Source: Sphingomicrobium sp.
Lineage (GTDB): Bacteria > Pseudomonadota > Alphaproteobacteria > Sphingomonadales > Sphingomonadaceae
Reading direction: 5' to 3'
DNA: 53,213 bases
NCBI GenBank assembly: GCA_039920065.1
Contig: JBDSEL010000019.1
Coordinates: 1 to 53,213 of the forward strand
Part shown: positions 30,989 through 43,140 of the stretch, in pieces
Layout: every line of letters begins with the position of its first letter
Numbering within the stretch: the stretch's first letter is position 1
Notes under the pieces: generated by a model
The model's database searches: none
What the model was told of the DNA's origin: nothing
The model's input: the letters and a program-made list of their open reading frames with translations, nothing else
Position numbers and translations under genes: made by a program

Positions 30989-32038
30989 TTAGCCCCTGCC
31001 GATCAGGCGCTGCGCCATGGCGTCGGCGACGGCCGCGGGATTCGACCCGCCGGAATCGCTTTCGTCCCAGATCTGCTCGAGCCGGCGGGGAATCCCCTCG
31101 ATCCGCTCGCGCACTATGCCAGCATCGCCGTCGGCCAGATATTCGGTACACACGTTGATGATCCCGCCGGCGTTGATGACGTAATCGGGGGCATAGAGAA
31201 TGCCGCGCGCCTTGAGCCGGTCGCCGTCGGCATCGGTCGCCAGCTGGTTATTGGCGCCGCCCGCAACGACCGGCACCCGGAGCGATGCGATCGACTGTTC
31301 GGTCAGGATCGCACCGAGTGCGCACGGGCTCAGAACGTCGGCCTCGATGGCCATGATTTCGTCGGGTGAGACAACGGTCCCGCCGACCGTTTGCGCCAGT
31401 TCATCGGCGCGCTCGGCATTGATATCGGCGATCGTGATCTTCGCGCCTTCGGCGGCGGCGTGCAAAGCAACGCCCTTGGCGACGCTGCCAGCGCCCTGGA
31501 TGGCGAGATGGAGGCCCTCTAGGCTGTCCTTGCCCAGGGCATGGCGAATTGCCGCCTTGATGCCGAGGAAGACGCCTAGCGAGGTGTGCGGGCCCGGATC
31601 GCCGCCGACCGCCGCGCCCTCGACCGGCAGGCCAGCGACGAACTTGGTCGCGCGCGACACCTCGATCATGTCGGCGACACTCATGCCCACATCCTCGGCT
31701 GTAACATAGCGGCCGCAGAATTGGTCGACGGCCTTGCCGAACGCGTGCAGCAGCTCGGGGGACTTGGCCTGCTCGGGATTGGCGAGCAGCACCGACTTTC
31801 CGCCACCGAGCGGAAGCCCGGCCATGGCGTTCTTGTAACTCATCCCGCGCGACAGGCGCAGCGCATCGACCAGCGCCAGATCGTCTTCAGCATAATGCCA
31901 GAAGCGCGCGCCGCCAGCGGCAGGGCCGAGGTGCGTGGAATGGATCGCGATGATCGACTTGAGCCCGGTGGCGCGATCAGTAATGAAGCTGACGTTCTCG
32001 TGATCGTCGAAATCTGCGAGATCCCAGGGCGTCGACAT
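30989..32038 (-). CDS. Leu/Phe/Val dehydrogenase
   Basis: HSTHLGPAAGG, LSRGMSYKNA, GGGKSV, YVTAEDVG, GGANNQL, YAPDYVINAGG. Confidence 0.92.
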   Translation of the reverse strand: MSTPWDLADFDDHENVSFITDRATGLKSIIAIHSTHLGPAAGGARFWHYAEDDLALVDALRLSRGMSYKNAMAGLPLGGGKSVLLANPEQAKSPELLHAFGKAVDQFCGRYVTAEDVGMSVADMIEVSRATKFVAGLPVEGAAVGGDPGPHTSLGVFLGIKAAIRHALGKDSLEGLHLAIQGAGSVAKGVALHAAAEGAKITIADINAERADELAQTVGGTVVSPDEIMAIEADVLSPCALGAILTEQSIASLRVPVVAGGANNQLATDADGDRLKARGILYAPDYVINAGGIINVCTEYLADGDAGIVRERIEGIPRRLEQIWDESDSGGSNPAAVADAMAQRLIGRG

Positions 32039-32073
32039 GGAGCGTAAATTCCCTCGATACGGGCACGGAAAAA

Positions 32074-32151
32074 TGGGGCGATCGACGGGGCTTGAACCCG
32101 CGACCCTCGGTACCACAAACCGATGCTCTAACCAGCTGAGCTACGATCGCC
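32074..32151 (-). tRNA. tRNA-His (GTG) with encoded G-1 and C73
   Basis: G-GCGATCG-TAGCTCAG...TT-GTG-GT...CGATCGC-C-CCA. Confidence 0.95.
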
Positions 32152-32264
32152 ACAAATGGCTCCTAAGGACGGTTCCTTCTGGCGCCGGGGCCACTTAAGG
32201 ATGGATGGCCGGGAAGGCAAGCGAGGCGCCGAGACGCCGACGCTGCCAGCGAGGTGGTGAAACG

Positions 32265-32693
32265 ATGAATTCGACGATTGAAAAGTTCGGCTATCCGGCG
32301 ACTCTGGTCAAGGCCTATGACCATTGGCTGGTCCTCGTTCGTCCGGCCCAGGTCACGCTCGGCTCGCTCGTTATGGCCGCGCGCAGCGATGCGACCGCTT
32401 ATGCCGATCTGCCCGCTGCTGCGTTCACCGAGCAGGCACGGGTCGTTGCCGACATCGAGCAGGCGCTGGCCGCATTCACTGCGTTCGAGCGGATCAATTA
32501 TCTGATGCTGATGATGGTCGACCCCCATGTCCACTGCCATGTCATCCCGCGCTATTCGTCCTCGCGCCGCTGGCGCGGGCGCGATTTCGTCGATAACGGC
32601 TGGCCCGGCGTACCCCAGCTGGCGAGCGCGGAGGCGCTGAGCGACGACGACATCGCGCAGATGGTTGGCGACTTGGCGGTCAAGTTTCGCTAA
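32265..32693 (+). CDS. HIT family hydrolase
   Basis: RPAQVTLGSL and histidine triad PHVHCHVIPRY; GAGGTGG SD. Confidence 0.88.
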   Translation: MNSTIEKFGYPATLVKAYDHWLVLVRPAQVTLGSLVMAARSDATAYADLPAAAFTEQARVVADIEQALAAFTAFERINYLMLMMVDPHVHCHVIPRYSSSRRWRGRDFVDNGWPGVPQLASAEALSDDDIAQMVGDLAVKFR

Positions 32694-32762
32694 ACTGCGT
32701 TACTATAATTTCTTGCACGATTCGTTTCGACAGCGCATCCTTCAAGGCCCCCGGAGAATCAG

Positions 32763-33467
32763 ATGAGTCGTCGTGCCAAATCGCCAGTGCCGAACATCGG
32801 TCTGCACGATCGATTCGTCGCGGCGGGCCTTGAGCCGCATATTGCCACCCTGATCGACGAGATGCCGGCCAAATATGTGACGGTCGAGCCGCGCCGCGCC
32901 TTTCGCGAGCCCGGCGCACCGCGCAACGAAGTCATGTTCGTTCGCTCGGGCTTGCTGTGCAAATATAAAGCCGATGCCAGCGGCCGCCGGCAGATTGTCG
33001 CACTGCGCTTCCCCGGCGAAGGCATTTTGCCGCACGAAGGCAATGCCGAATTCGGCATCCAGGCGATCGTGCGAAGCGAAGTCAAAATTGGCGCTGCCGA
33101 GGATTTCGATCCGATCGTCGAGGCCCAACCGGCGCTGCAACGCTTCTTCTGGCGGATCATCCAACGCAACGAGGCGATCGGCTATGAATGGCTGGTCAAT
33201 TGCGGCCGTCGCGATTCCACTGCGCGGGTCGCGCATCTGCTGTGCGAAACGCAGGTGAGGATGCAGGCCGACCAGTCGCGCCTCTACAATCCCTTCACGC
33301 AGCAGCAGATCGCCGACATTACCGGGCAAACCTCGGTCAACGTCAACCGCGTGTTCGCCGATCTCGAACGGCAGGGGCTGATCAAGCGCCAGGGCCGCGA
33401 TATCGAGTTCCCCGACCTCGGCGAGTTCCGCCGTGTCGCGAGCTTCCACCCCAATTATCTAGGCTAA
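32763..33467 (+). CDS. Crp/Fnr family transcriptional regulator
   Basis: cNMP-like beta-roll (GRRQIVALRFPGE), ARVAHLLCE, HTH TQQQIADITGQTSVNVNRV; no FNR Cys cluster. Promoter-like TTGCAC-N17-CATCCT at 32713-32741. Confidence 0.88.
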   Translation: MSRRAKSPVPNIGLHDRFVAAGLEPHIATLIDEMPAKYVTVEPRRAFREPGAPRNEVMFVRSGLLCKYKADASGRRQIVALRFPGEGILPHEGNAEFGIQAIVRSEVKIGAAEDFDPIVEAQPALQRFFWRIIQRNEAIGYEWLVNCGRRDSTARVAHLLCETQVRMQADQSRLYNPFTQQQIADITGQTSVNVNRVFADLERQGLIKRQGRDIEFPDLGEFRRVASFHPNYLG

Positions 33468-33513
33468 GGCCGGCCATTTCCAGTCGAGCGTGGGCAGTTG
33501 AAGGACTGCCGAA

Positions 33514-33588
33514 TGGTGGGCGCGGTAGGGATTGAACCTACGACCCCACCCGTGTGAAGGGTGTGCTCTACCACTGAGCTACGCGCCC
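33514..33588 (-). tRNA. tRNA-Val (CAC)
   Basis: GGGCGCGTAGCTCAGTGGTAGAGC-A-CACCC-TTCACAC-GGGTG...GGTTCAATCC...CGCGCCCACCA. Confidence 0.95.
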
Positions 33589-33679
33589 CAGGATCCGGTG
33601 GATCGGGAACGCGCGCATATAAAGCGGCGCGCGCACCTGTCCAGCGCCCGCGTTGCCAGCGGCCTGACCTAGCGAGCGC

Positions 33680-33952
33680 TTATTGAACCGCGTCTTTGAG
33701 GATTTTGCCGGGGCGGAATTTGGGCTGCGACGTGGCCTTGATCTGGATCGGTTCGCCAGTGCGCGGGTTACGGCCGGTCGACGCCTTGCGACGGGTGACC
33801 GAGAAACTCCCGAACCCAACGAGTCGCACTTCGTCGCCGCGCTTCAAGGTTGCGGTGATGATCTCGAGCATGGTTTCGACCGCGCGGCCGGCATCATTAC
33901 GGGTCATTCCCGCACGATCCGCGACGTGGCCGATCAGTTCCTGCTTGTTCAT
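33680..33952 (-). CDS. hupB: HU family DNA-binding protein
   Basis: MNKQELI...VRLVGFGSF...GRNPRTGE..PKFRPGK.LKD; lon-hup-tRNA-Val synteny. Confidence 0.93.
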   Translation of the reverse strand: MNKQELIGHVADRAGMTRNDAGRAVETMLEIITATLKRGDEVRLVGFGSFSVTRRKASTGRNPRTGEPIQIKATSQPKFRPGKILKDAVQ

Positions 33953-34032
33953 GCGCTGCTCCCTTGCCTCGCGCCGGACTCCGGCACGCGGCCGCGGCAT
34001 TAATCCTCAAGCGCGCGCGGAAGTCAAAGAAA

Positions 34033-36432
34033 TCAATGCCGAAGCGGCGCTCCGCCATCACCGACCACGGGTGCGACCGGCGGTTCGGCGGCACGTTCAT
34101 CCTCTTCGGTCCACTCGATCGCTGTCAATTTCTGGGTCAAGGCTCGTGCCAGCACCTCATCGATATGGGCGACCGGAATGATTTCGAGCCCGCTTTTCAC
34201 ATTGTCCGGAATCTCGGCCAAATCTTTTTCGTTCTCCGCCGGAATCAGGACGGTGCGAATGCCGCCGCGCAGCGCCGCAAGCAGCTTCTCCTTAAGCCCG
34301 CCGATTGGCAGAACCCTGCCGCGCAGCGTGACTTCGCCGGTCATCGCGACGTCGCGGCGAACCGGGACCCCGCTCAGGGTCGAGATGATCGCGGTGACCA
34401 TCCCGATGCCCGCCGACGGACCGTCCTTGGGCACGGCGCCTTCGGGCAAGTGGACGTGGATGTCCTTGCGCGCAAAAATCGACGGCTTCACGCCATATGC
34501 GGGGGCTCGCGCCTTGACGAAGCTCATCGCCGCCTGGATCGATTCCTGCATCACTTCGCCGAGTTTGCCGGTGGTCTTGATCTGGCCCTTGCCCGGGACG
34601 GTGACCGACTCGATGGTCAGCAGTTCGCCGCCGACTTCGGTCCAGGCGAGGCCGGTGACCGCGCCAATCTGATCCTCCTCCTCGCCGATCCCGAAGCGAT
34701 ATTTGCGAACGCCGAGGAAGTCATTGAGGTTGTCGGGCGTGAGCGAGACAGTCTCGACCTTATGCTCGAGGATTTGACGGAGCGATTTGCGCGCGACCTT
34801 GGCCAGCTCGCGCTCCAGCGTGCGCACGCCGGCCTCGCGGGTGTAGTGGCGGATGATCGTGCGCAAACCCTCGTCGATGAAGTCGAGTTCGCCGTCCTTG
34901 AGGCCATGCGCTTCCAACTGCTTGGGGATAAGGTGGCGCTTGCCGATCTCGAGCTTTTCGTCCTCGGTGTAACCCTCGAGCCGGATGATTTCCATGCGAT
35001 CGAGCAGAGGTTGCGGCATGTCGAGGCTGTTCGCGGTGGTGACGAACATCACGTCGCTAAGATCGTAATCGATTTCCAGATAATGGTCCTGGAACTTGCT
35101 GTTCTGTTCGGGGTCGAGGACCTCGAGCAGCGCCGACGACGGATCGCCGCGAAAGTCCTGGCCCAGCTTGTCGATCTCATCGAGCAGGAACAACGGGTTT
35201 GAGGTTCCCGCCTTCTTGAGGTTGGCGATGATCTTGCCCGGCATTGAGCCAATGTAGGTGCGGCGGTGACCACGGATTTCGGCCTCGTCGCGAACCCCGC
35301 CGAGCGACTGGCGGACGAATTCGCGTCCGGTGGCGCGGGCGATCGAGCGGCCGAGCGAAGTCTTGCCCACGCCCGGCGGACCGACCAGGCACAGGATCGG
35401 GCCTTTGAGGCGATTGGTGCGCGCCTGGACCGCGAGGTATTCGACAATCCGTTCCTTGACCTTGTCGAGGCCATAATGGTCCTCATCGAGGATCGACTGG
35501 GCTTCGGCGATGTCCTTCTTGACGCGGCTCTTCTTGCCCCACGGCAGGCCTAGCAGCACATCCAGATAGTTGCGCGCGACAGTCGCTTCGGCCGACATCG
35601 GAGCCATTGCGCGGAGCTTCTTGAACTCGGCATTGGCGCGGGTCTTGGCTTCCTTGCTCAGCCGGGTCTTGCGGATCTTCTCGGCCAGTTCGGCCAGCTC
35701 GTCGCCGCCCTCTTCGCCTTCATTGCCAAGCTCGCGCTGGATCGCCTTCAACTGCTCGTTGAGGTAATATTCGCGCTGGGTCTTTTCCATCTGGCGCTTG
35801 ACGCGGCTGCGGATCTTCTTCTCGACCTGAAGCACGCCAAGCTCGCCTTCCATGAAGGCGAATACCATCTCCAGCCGGCGCGCAGGGTTTAGTTCGCCGA
35901 GCAGCGCCTGTTTGTCGCTGACCTTGATCGACAAATTGGAGGCGACCGCATCGGCCAGGATCGAGGGATCCTCGATCTCGCTCAGCTGGATCCCGGTCTC
36001 GGGCGGGAGGCGCTTATTGAGTTTGGCGTAATTTTCGAACTGGTCGATGACCGACCGCATCAGCGCCGCGGCTTCGGGGCCATCGGGCTCTACTTCGGCC
36101 ACGTCCTCGACCTCGGCAACCACATAGCCATCGCGCTGTGTCAGGCCGGTCAACCGCGCCCGGCGAGCGCCCTCGACCAGCACACGGACAGTGCCATCGG
36201 GCAGCTTGAGCAGCTGCATCGCCGTGGCCACGACCCCAAGGTCGTAAAGCGCGTCGCGATCGGGGTCGTCGTCGCTCGGATCGAGTTGGGCGACGAGGAA
36301 CAATTCCTTGTCGGTCGCCATTGCCGCTTCGAGTGCTGCAACGGATTTCTCGCGGCCGACGAACAGCGGCACGATACGATGAGGAAACACGACGATGTCG
36401 CGCAACGGCAGAATGGGAAGCGTACGGGTCAT
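34033..36432 (-). CDS. lon: ATP-dependent protease La (Lon)
   Basis: [44 protein letters not shown]. Upstream TTG..CCCATAT resembles an RpoH-type promoter. Confidence 0.98.
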   Translation of the reverse strand: MTRTLPILPLRDIVVFPHRIVPLFVGREKSVAALEAAMATDKELFLVAQLDPSDDDPDRDALYDLGVVATAMQLLKLPDGTVRVLVEGARRARLTGLTQRDGYVVAEVEDVAEVEPDGPEAAALMRSVIDQFENYAKLNKRLPPETGIQLSEIEDPSILADAVASNLSIKVSDKQALLGELNPARRLEMVFAFMEGELGVLQVEKKIRSRVKRQMEKTQREYYLNEQLKAIQRELGNEGEEGGDELAELAEKIRKTRLSKEAKTRANAEFKKLRAMAPMSAEATVARNYLDVLLGLPWGKKSRVKKDIAEAQSILDEDHYGLDKVKERIVEYLAVQARTNRLKGPILCLVGPPGVGKTSLGRSIARATGREFVRQSLGGVRDEAEIRGHRRTYIGSMPGKIIANLKKAGTSNPLFLLDEIDKLGQDFRGDPSSALLEVLDPEQNSKFQDHYLEIDYDLSDVMFVTTANSLDMPQPLLDRMEIIRLEGYTEDEKLEIGKRHLIPKQLEAHGLKDGELDFIDEGLRTIIRHYTREAGVRTLERELAKVARKSLRQILEHKVETVSLTPDNLNDFLGVRKYRFGIGEEEDQIGAVTGLAWTEVGGELLTIESVTVPGKGQIKTTGKLGEVMQESIQAAMSFVKARAPAYGVKPSIFARKDIHVHLPEGAVPKDGPSAGIGMVTAIISTLSGVPVRRDVAMTGEVTLRGRVLPIGGLKEKLLAALRGGIRTVLIPAENEKDLAEIPDNVKSGLEIIPVAHIDEVLARALTQKLTAIEWTEEDERAAEPPVAPVVGDGGAPLRH

Positions 36433-36574
36433 CGCCGACATATGGGCGGCCCCTGCCCTTGGCGCAACAAAGCCGCCGGTCTTTTCCACCATAACCGCGC
36501 CGTGCCTACCATATGCACGCCAGATGGATGGGGGATTCCGCTTTCGTTCAGTTTGGGCCACTATGATCGGCGCC

Positions 36575-38047
36575 GTGAACAAATCCCTCCTCCTTGCGAC
36601 CTTGAGTGTCCTCGCCCTGCCAGTGGCCGCGATTGCCCAATCGGGTTATCCGGGCCCCGCGCCCTACCCCGTCTATCCGGCGCCCTATCCGCCGCCCTAT
36701 CCCCCAATGCCGCAGGCACCGATGCCGGCGCAGATGCCGCCTCCGGCAGTGGCCGAGCCGTGGCTCGCGCGCCCGCCGGTGATGAACGGCCAGGTTCCCG
36801 CCGCCGGCCAGCAGGGACGAAGCAGCACCGCCCTGGAACCGATCGATTTGCCCCCGGCGATCGAGCAGGGCGTCGACATGATCTACATCGACCAGGAGTT
36901 GGTGCCGCGCGCGGTCCACGATGACGGTCAGCTCCACGACATCAGCTTTGCCGACTGGAGCGGCGCGCCGGTCGACATGTTTACCTCGGTCAACCCGATT
37001 TACACCGACCTTCGCCGCGGCCTCGTGCGCTATCGCCAGCGGTGGGGCGACTTGCCGCAAATCCCGATTTCCGAAGGCCCGGCGCTCAAGACCGGCTCGA
37101 CCGGCGAGCGCGCCAATGCGCTTCGCCAGCGCCTTGGCCTTGCCCCCGGCGACGCGGTTGACGCCGCCGCCGCCGCCGCACTCAAGGAATTCCAGGCCGC
37201 CCACGGCATCAAGGCCGATGGAATCGCTGGCGCTGGCACGATCGAGGCGCTCAATCTCGGTGCAAGCCACTATGAGCAGCTGATTATCATCAACATGGAG
37301 CGCGCCAAGCGCCTCCCCGCGCCCGAGGAACAGCGCCGCTACGCGATCGTCGATTCGGGCAGCGCGCGGCTGTCGCTGTGGGAGAACGGACGCAAGGTCG
37401 ACAGCATGAAGATCGTCGTCGGCAAGGAAGAAACCGCGACCCCGATGATGGCTGCCTACATCCGCTTCGCCAGCGTCAATCCTTATTGGAACGTGCCGCC
37501 CGAACTGGTCCGCAGCCTGATCGCACCGCGCGTCGCAGCGCAGGGAACGTCCTATCTCACCGACCGCGAATATCAGGTGCTGGCCGATTACACCCCGGAG
37601 GCCAAGCTGATCGATCCATCGACGGTCGACTGGCAGGCGGTGGTCGATGGCCGCCAGGAAGTGCGCCTGCGCCGGCTCCCCTCGCCCGCGAATTCGATGG
37701 GCATGATGAAGTTCATGCTGCCCAATTATTTCGGGATATACCTCCACGATTCGCCCGAAAAGGCGCATTTCACCAAGAACGAGCTGTGGATTTCCAACGG
37801 CTGCGTCCGGGTCGAGGATTACAAGCGCTTCGCTCGCTGGCTGTTCGACGGCAGCGTGCCCCAGGGCGCCGATCCCAAGACCGAGCAGGAAGTGAATCTG
37901 CCGCAGCCGGTGCCGGTCTACATGACCTATCTGACCGTCCAGCCGACCGAGAGCGGAGTCGCCTTCCTCGCCGACCCCTACCGCCGCGACGCCCACCTGA
38001 TGGAACGGTATGGGACGCAACTCGCGGCCGCCGTGCGGGGCGAATAG
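36575..38047 (+). CDS. L,D-transpeptidase (YcbB/LdtD-like) with PG-binding domain and Tyr/Pro-rich N-terminal extension
   Basis: Signal peptide; FQ..HG...DG..G..T PG-binding motif; NPYWNVP, MKFMLPN, IYLHDSP, SNGCVRV. Start is GTG 36575 or ATG 36563. Confidence 0.9.
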   Translation: MNKSLLLATLSVLALPVAAIAQSGYPGPAPYPVYPAPYPPPYPPMPQAPMPAQMPPPAVAEPWLARPPVMNGQVPAAGQQGRSSTALEPIDLPPAIEQGVDMIYIDQELVPRAVHDDGQLHDISFADWSGAPVDMFTSVNPIYTDLRRGLVRYRQRWGDLPQIPISEGPALKTGSTGERANALRQRLGLAPGDAVDAAAAAALKEFQAAHGIKADGIAGAGTIEALNLGASHYEQLIIINMERAKRLPAPEEQRRYAIVDSGSARLSLWENGRKVDSMKIVVGKEETATPMMAAYIRFASVNPYWNVPPELVRSLIAPRVAAQGTSYLTDREYQVLADYTPEAKLIDPSTVDWQAVVDGRQEVRLRRLPSPANSMGMMKFMLPNYFGIYLHDSPEKAHFTKNELWISNGCVRVEDYKRFARWLFDGSVPQGADPKTEQEVNLPQPVPVYMTYLTVQPTESGVAFLADPYRRDAHLMERYGTQLAAAVRGE

Positions 38048-38093
38048 TCAAGCGGCGCTAATTCCCAGGTCGTCCTAGAGCGACCCCACTAGA

Positions 38094-39365
<1,272 letters not shown>

Positions 39366-39529
39366 TGGGTTCCTTGTCTTTCCGGTCGGTCGCGGTCGTC
39401 CAATCGGGGACCATGCTAGCCCGGTTTATGCCACAATCAACTGCCGAAGGGGTTAATGCACCGCTTTGGGATGGTCGCGGCGCTGTTAGCCATATGGAAA
39501 GCCGGGCCCGCCGGGGCAAGGCTCGACGG

Positions 39530-40267
39530 TCAGCCGCCCAGTGCGACCAACGCCTCGCGCATCGCATCCTGGAAGTCCGAGCGGGCGTAAATGTCGTTGT
39601 GGCCAGCGCGCGCGATGGTCGTGTCGAACACCAGCTTGGGTGCTCGTTGGCGAAGGGCGTCGGTGCGCTCGATGGCGACGATCTCATCGCGTTCGGCGGC
39701 GATGATCGCGGCCGGGACCTTGGCTTTTTCGAGCGCGTCGGCGGCGGCCACCTCATGCGCGAACAGGGCCGAGATCGGAAGCCACGGGTAAAAGCTTTGC
39801 GCGACCGCTTTCAAACTGTCGAACGGGGTGACCAGTACGATCCCCTTGAGCTTGCGGATGGTGGCGAGTTCGCAGGCGATCCCGCTGCCGATGCTGAACC
39901 CAGCCGCGAAGACCTTGGTCGGGGCCAATTTATCGACCGCGAAATCATAGACCAGCGGGGCATCGGCGATCAGCGCCTCGGCCGAGGGCGTTCCGGTCGA
40001 GGGGGCATAGCCGCGGTAATGAAAGACCACGACATGCGCCCGCGGGTACACTTCGTGGAGGTAGGCGCCGACGTCCTGACCGTTCCAGCCATTGCCGCCA
40101 AAGCCCAGCACCAGTTCGCTCGACGGCTCAGCCGGCTTGAAATGGACCCCCTTGAGCGTTGCCCGGTCTGGCGTGCGCAGCTGCCATTCCTCGGCATCGG
40201 GCGGAATTCGCCCGGCCAGCGGCACCGCATGCGTTGGAAATACGAAATGGGTCTGAAAATCGATCAT
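39530..40267 (-). CDS. Alpha/beta hydrolase (ABHD-like)
   Basis: FGGNG, YRGY, nucleophile GFSIG, D in RDEIV, H in AGHND. Confidence 0.85.
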   Translation of the reverse strand: MIDFQTHFVFPTHAVPLAGRIPPDAEEWQLRTPDRATLKGVHFKPAEPSSELVLGFGGNGWNGQDVGAYLHEVYPRAHVVVFHYRGYAPSTGTPSAEALIADAPLVYDFAVDKLAPTKVFAAGFSIGSGIACELATIRKLKGIVLVTPFDSLKAVAQSFYPWLPISALFAHEVAAADALEKAKVPAAIIAAERDEIVAIERTDALRQRAPKLVFDTTIARAGHNDIYARSDFQDAMREALVALGG

Positions 40268-40304
40268 TATGACCGGGCCGCCGGGCGACGCTGTGCGCAA
40301 TGGG

Positions 40305-40664
40305 TCAAGCGGATGCCGTAAACTCGTCGATGACGGTCGCGACGCGTTCGATCGTATACGGTTTCTCGAGCAAGGGAGAATCGCGAAATTCGGGTGGCGG
40401 CGGATCAACGTGGCCGCCGGTCGCGAGGATGAAGGGGATGCCGCAGTCATGGAGGCGGGTGGCGACCGGCCACACGTTCTCGCCCTTCAAATTGACATCG
40501 AGGATGGCGAGATCGAACCCGCCCTTGTCGACCGCCTCCAGCGCCTGAGCGAGGGAATCGACGGCCGCGACGATGGTGTGGCCAAGCGTGTCGAGAAAAT
40601 CCTCGAGCATCATCGAAATGAGTGGTTCGTCCTCAACGATCAGAACATTGCGGGGACTGGACAT
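40305..40664 (-). CDS. sdrG: Single-domain response regulator of the FAT GUY (SdrG/MrrA) type
   Basis: LIVEDEPLISMMLEDFL, AILDVNL, PFILATGG (PFxFATG[G/Y]-like), KPY; directly downstream of cckA. Confidence 0.8.
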   Translation of the reverse strand: MSSPRNVLIVEDEPLISMMLEDFLDTLGHTIVAAVDSLAQALEAVDKGGFDLAILDVNLKGENVWPVATRLHDCGIPFILATGGHVDPPPPEFRDSPLLEKPYTIERVATVIDEFTASA

Positions 40665-40703
40665 GACGGCTTGCGATACTGCCAAGTTACGAAAGCGCAA
40701 CGG

Positions 40704-43091
40704 TTATTTTGGACCGATCGCGCGGCGTGCGGCTTCGGCCAGGTCGGTGACCGAAAATGGCTTGGGCAGGAAATTGACGTTGTCGAGGTCGATCGACTTT
40801 CGCAATTGCTCCTCGGCATAGCCGGACATGAAGAGAATCTTGAGGTCGGGCCGCGACTTGCGGGCTTCGGCGACCATCGTCGGCCCGTCCATGCCGGGCA
40901 TCACAACATCGCTGATAAGCAGGTCGAACACATCGCCGCGGGACAGAATATCGAGCGCTTCCTCGCCATGGTCGGCGGTGGTCACGACATAGCCGTGGCG
41001 GGTGAGCGCGCGTTCGGCGACGCTGCGCACGGTCGGCTCGTCCTCGACCAGCAGGACATTGCCGCTGCCCCACAATTCGTCCTTCTTGGCCGCGGCCGGC
41101 TTGCGCGACTTTGGCGGGTGGGCCTCCTCGCGGTGAACCGGCAGATAGATGACGAACCGAGTCCCCTCGTCAACCTTGGAATCGGCGAAGATGAACCCGC
41201 CCGACTGTTTGACGATCCCGTAGACGGTGGACAGGCCAAGTCCGGTGCCCTTGCCGACTTCCTTGGTCGTGAAGAATGGTTCGAAGATTTTGCCCAGCAC
41301 ATTGGCGGGAATGCCGCTCCCGGTATCGGTCACCGACAAGGCGCTGTAATCGTCGATCGGCAGGATGTCGCTGCCCAGTTCGGCGACCTGGTCCGCGCGA
41401 ACCGAATAGGTCTGGATGGTCAGCGTGCCCCCGCCCTTCGCAGTCATAGCGTCGCGGGCGTTGACGGCCAGATTGATGATCACCTGCTCCAACTGCCCCG
41501 GATCGGCGCGGACCGGGCCGACTGCGCGGCCGTGCTTGACCACCAACTGGACCATCTCGCCAAGCAGTCGCTTCAACAGGTGCGAGACTTCGCTGACCAC
41601 GTCGGGCAGCTGCATCACCTGCGGCCGCAGCGTCTGCTGGCGCGAAAAGGCAAGCAGCTGGCGAGTGAGGCCGGCGGCGCGGTTGGAGTTCGACTTGATC
41701 TGCTGGATGTCGTCATAGTCGCTGTCGCCGGGCGTGTGACGCATCAGCATAAGGTCGCAGTGGCCGATGATCGCGGTCAGGATATTGTTGAAATCGTGGG
41801 CGACGCCGCCGGCCAGCTGGCCAACCATCTGCATCTTGGTCTGCTGCGCCACCTGGCGCTTGAGCTTGGCCTCCTCGCTATTGTCCTTGAGCAGCAGCAG
41901 GACGACCGCGTCGCCAAGGCCGCGGATACCGGCGATGGTCAGTGCGACCGGCTCGTCCGCCTGGCGCGCCAAGCGAACTGCAAGGTCGCCCGACATGGCC
42001 GGCCCACGCGCATTGCGGCGGACCGCATCGGCGACCGGTGCCTTGTCTTCCTTGACCACCAGATCGCCGGGATAGACCGGGGTCGTGACGCTGGCGATCC
42101 CCGCTGCCTGGCGAAAGGCCTGGTTGAGCGTCAGAAAGCGGCCGTCGCGATCGACGAGTGCAAGGCCGACCGGCAGCACGTCAAGCAGGGCTTGGACGTT
42201 GGCGGCCTGGTTGAGCGAGGTGCCGTCACCATGTTCGAGGATCAGGAAGGTTCCCGCCCCGCTTTCGGCTTCGGGGTCGAGCGGCAGATAGATTCCGCGC
42301 AGGACCGGGGCGTTTTCCCCCTCTGCGGTCAATTGCAGCGACTGGTCCTCGCCGGCGCGGACACAATCACGGAAATTGACCGAACCGATTTCCTGCCCGG
42401 CCTTGAGTGCGCGGGCGACGAACGGTTGGTTGCCGGCCAGGACGACCCCGGCATCGTCGATCACCGCGACCATGATGTCGGCCGCGGCCAGCCGTTCGCC
42501 CATGACCGCTTCGGCCCGGCGTGCGGTCAGCATCAGCGCATCGATCGGCGCCGGCGCTGGAAAGCGCCACAGCAAGCGGTCGGCGGCTTCCCCGACCCGC
42601 TCGATCTCCACCGCCAAGGGCCCGTCGTCGGTTTCGATGCCGCCGGCACAACCGGCGCCGTCGCGCCACGCCATAGTTCGCGCGGCCTCGATGCCCTCGC
42701 GCGCATCGTCATCCTTGGCCAGCGCCAAGGGCGTCGTGCCGGTCCCGAAGCGATCACGATAGGCGGCGTTGGCGGCCAGCAATTTGCCTTCGCCGTCGGT
42801 CAGCGCGACCGGCTCGCGATGGAGCCCGATGGCCGCACCGATCAGTGAGAAATCAGCCCCCCCGGCAAGCGTCGCCGGGACGAGAACACCCCTCCCCGTT
42901 CGCTGCACGCCGGCGGCGATGGCCCCGACAATCCCGGTGCCGGCCGCAACCAAGGCCGCCGTTTCCAGCCCCGCCACGACTAAAACCAGCGCGGTGCTCA
43001 GGCCCGCGCCGGCGATTAGCGCGGGCAGCAGCCAACGATCGATCGGTCCAATCGGCTCGGCGTCGAGCAGGCTGAGGTCTTGATGAAGCAT
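40704..43091 (-). CDS. cckA: Cell-cycle hybrid histidine kinase CckA
   Basis: 2 TM plus PAS domains, KMQMVGQLAGGVAHDFNN, LLAFSRQQTL, FFTTKEVGKGTGLGL, C-terminal receiver (SDVVMP..SGYAEE). Confidence 0.9.
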   Translation of the reverse strand: MLHQDLSLLDAEPIGPIDRWLLPALIAGAGLSTALVLVVAGLETAALVAAGTGIVGAIAAGVQRTGRGVLVPATLAGGADFSLIGAAIGLHREPVALTDGEGKLLAANAAYRDRFGTGTTPLALAKDDDAREGIEAARTMAWRDGAGCAGGIETDDGPLAVEIERVGEAADRLLWRFPAPAPIDALMLTARRAEAVMGERLAAADIMVAVIDDAGVVLAGNQPFVARALKAGQEIGSVNFRDCVRAGEDQSLQLTAEGENAPVLRGIYLPLDPEAESGAGTFLILEHGDGTSLNQAANVQALLDVLPVGLALVDRDGRFLTLNQAFRQAAGIASVTTPVYPGDLVVKEDKAPVADAVRRNARGPAMSGDLAVRLARQADEPVALTIAGIRGLGDAVVLLLLKDNSEEAKLKRQVAQQTKMQMVGQLAGGVAHDFNNILTAIIGHCDLMLMRHTPGDSDYDDIQQIKSNSNRAAGLTRQLLAFSRQQTLRPQVMQLPDVVSEVSHLLKRLLGEMVQLVVKHGRAVGPVRADPGQLEQVIINLAVNARDAMTAKGGGTLTIQTYSVRADQVAELGSDILPIDDYSALSVTDTGSGIPANVLGKIFEPFFTTKEVGKGTGLGLSTVYGIVKQSGGFIFADSKVDEGTRFVIYLPVHREEAHPPKSRKPAAAKKDELWGSGNVLLVEDEPTVRSVAERALTRHGYVVTTADHGEEALDILSRGDVFDLLISDVVMPGMDGPTMVAEARKSRPDLKILFMSGYAEEQLRKSIDLDNVNFLPKPFSVTDLAEAARRAIGPK

Positions 43092-43140
43092 CTAGCGCGC
43101 GGCCTTTCGCGCCGCTTGTAGCGAGTTTGGCGAAGGTCCG

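Noticed and set aside
33493-33510. Hairpin GGCAGT-TGAAGG-ACTGCC between crp and tRNA-Val as a terminator
   Set aside because: Short stem with no U-tract on either strand; not enough support.
21201-33588. tRNA-Met, tRNA-His and tRNA-Val as possible integration sites for an island or prophage
   Set aside because: No integrase or transposase, no duplicated tRNA 3' end seen, and the flanking genes are ordinary chromosomal genes.
39420-39470. Possible CtrA box upstream of clpX
   Set aside because: Only one TTAA half-site; no TTAA-N7-TTAA.
40269-42848. 859-aa plus-strand ORF antisense to cckA/sdrG
   Set aside because: Shadow ORF from GC-rich codon bias; no recognisable motifs, and the opposite strand encodes a clear kinase.
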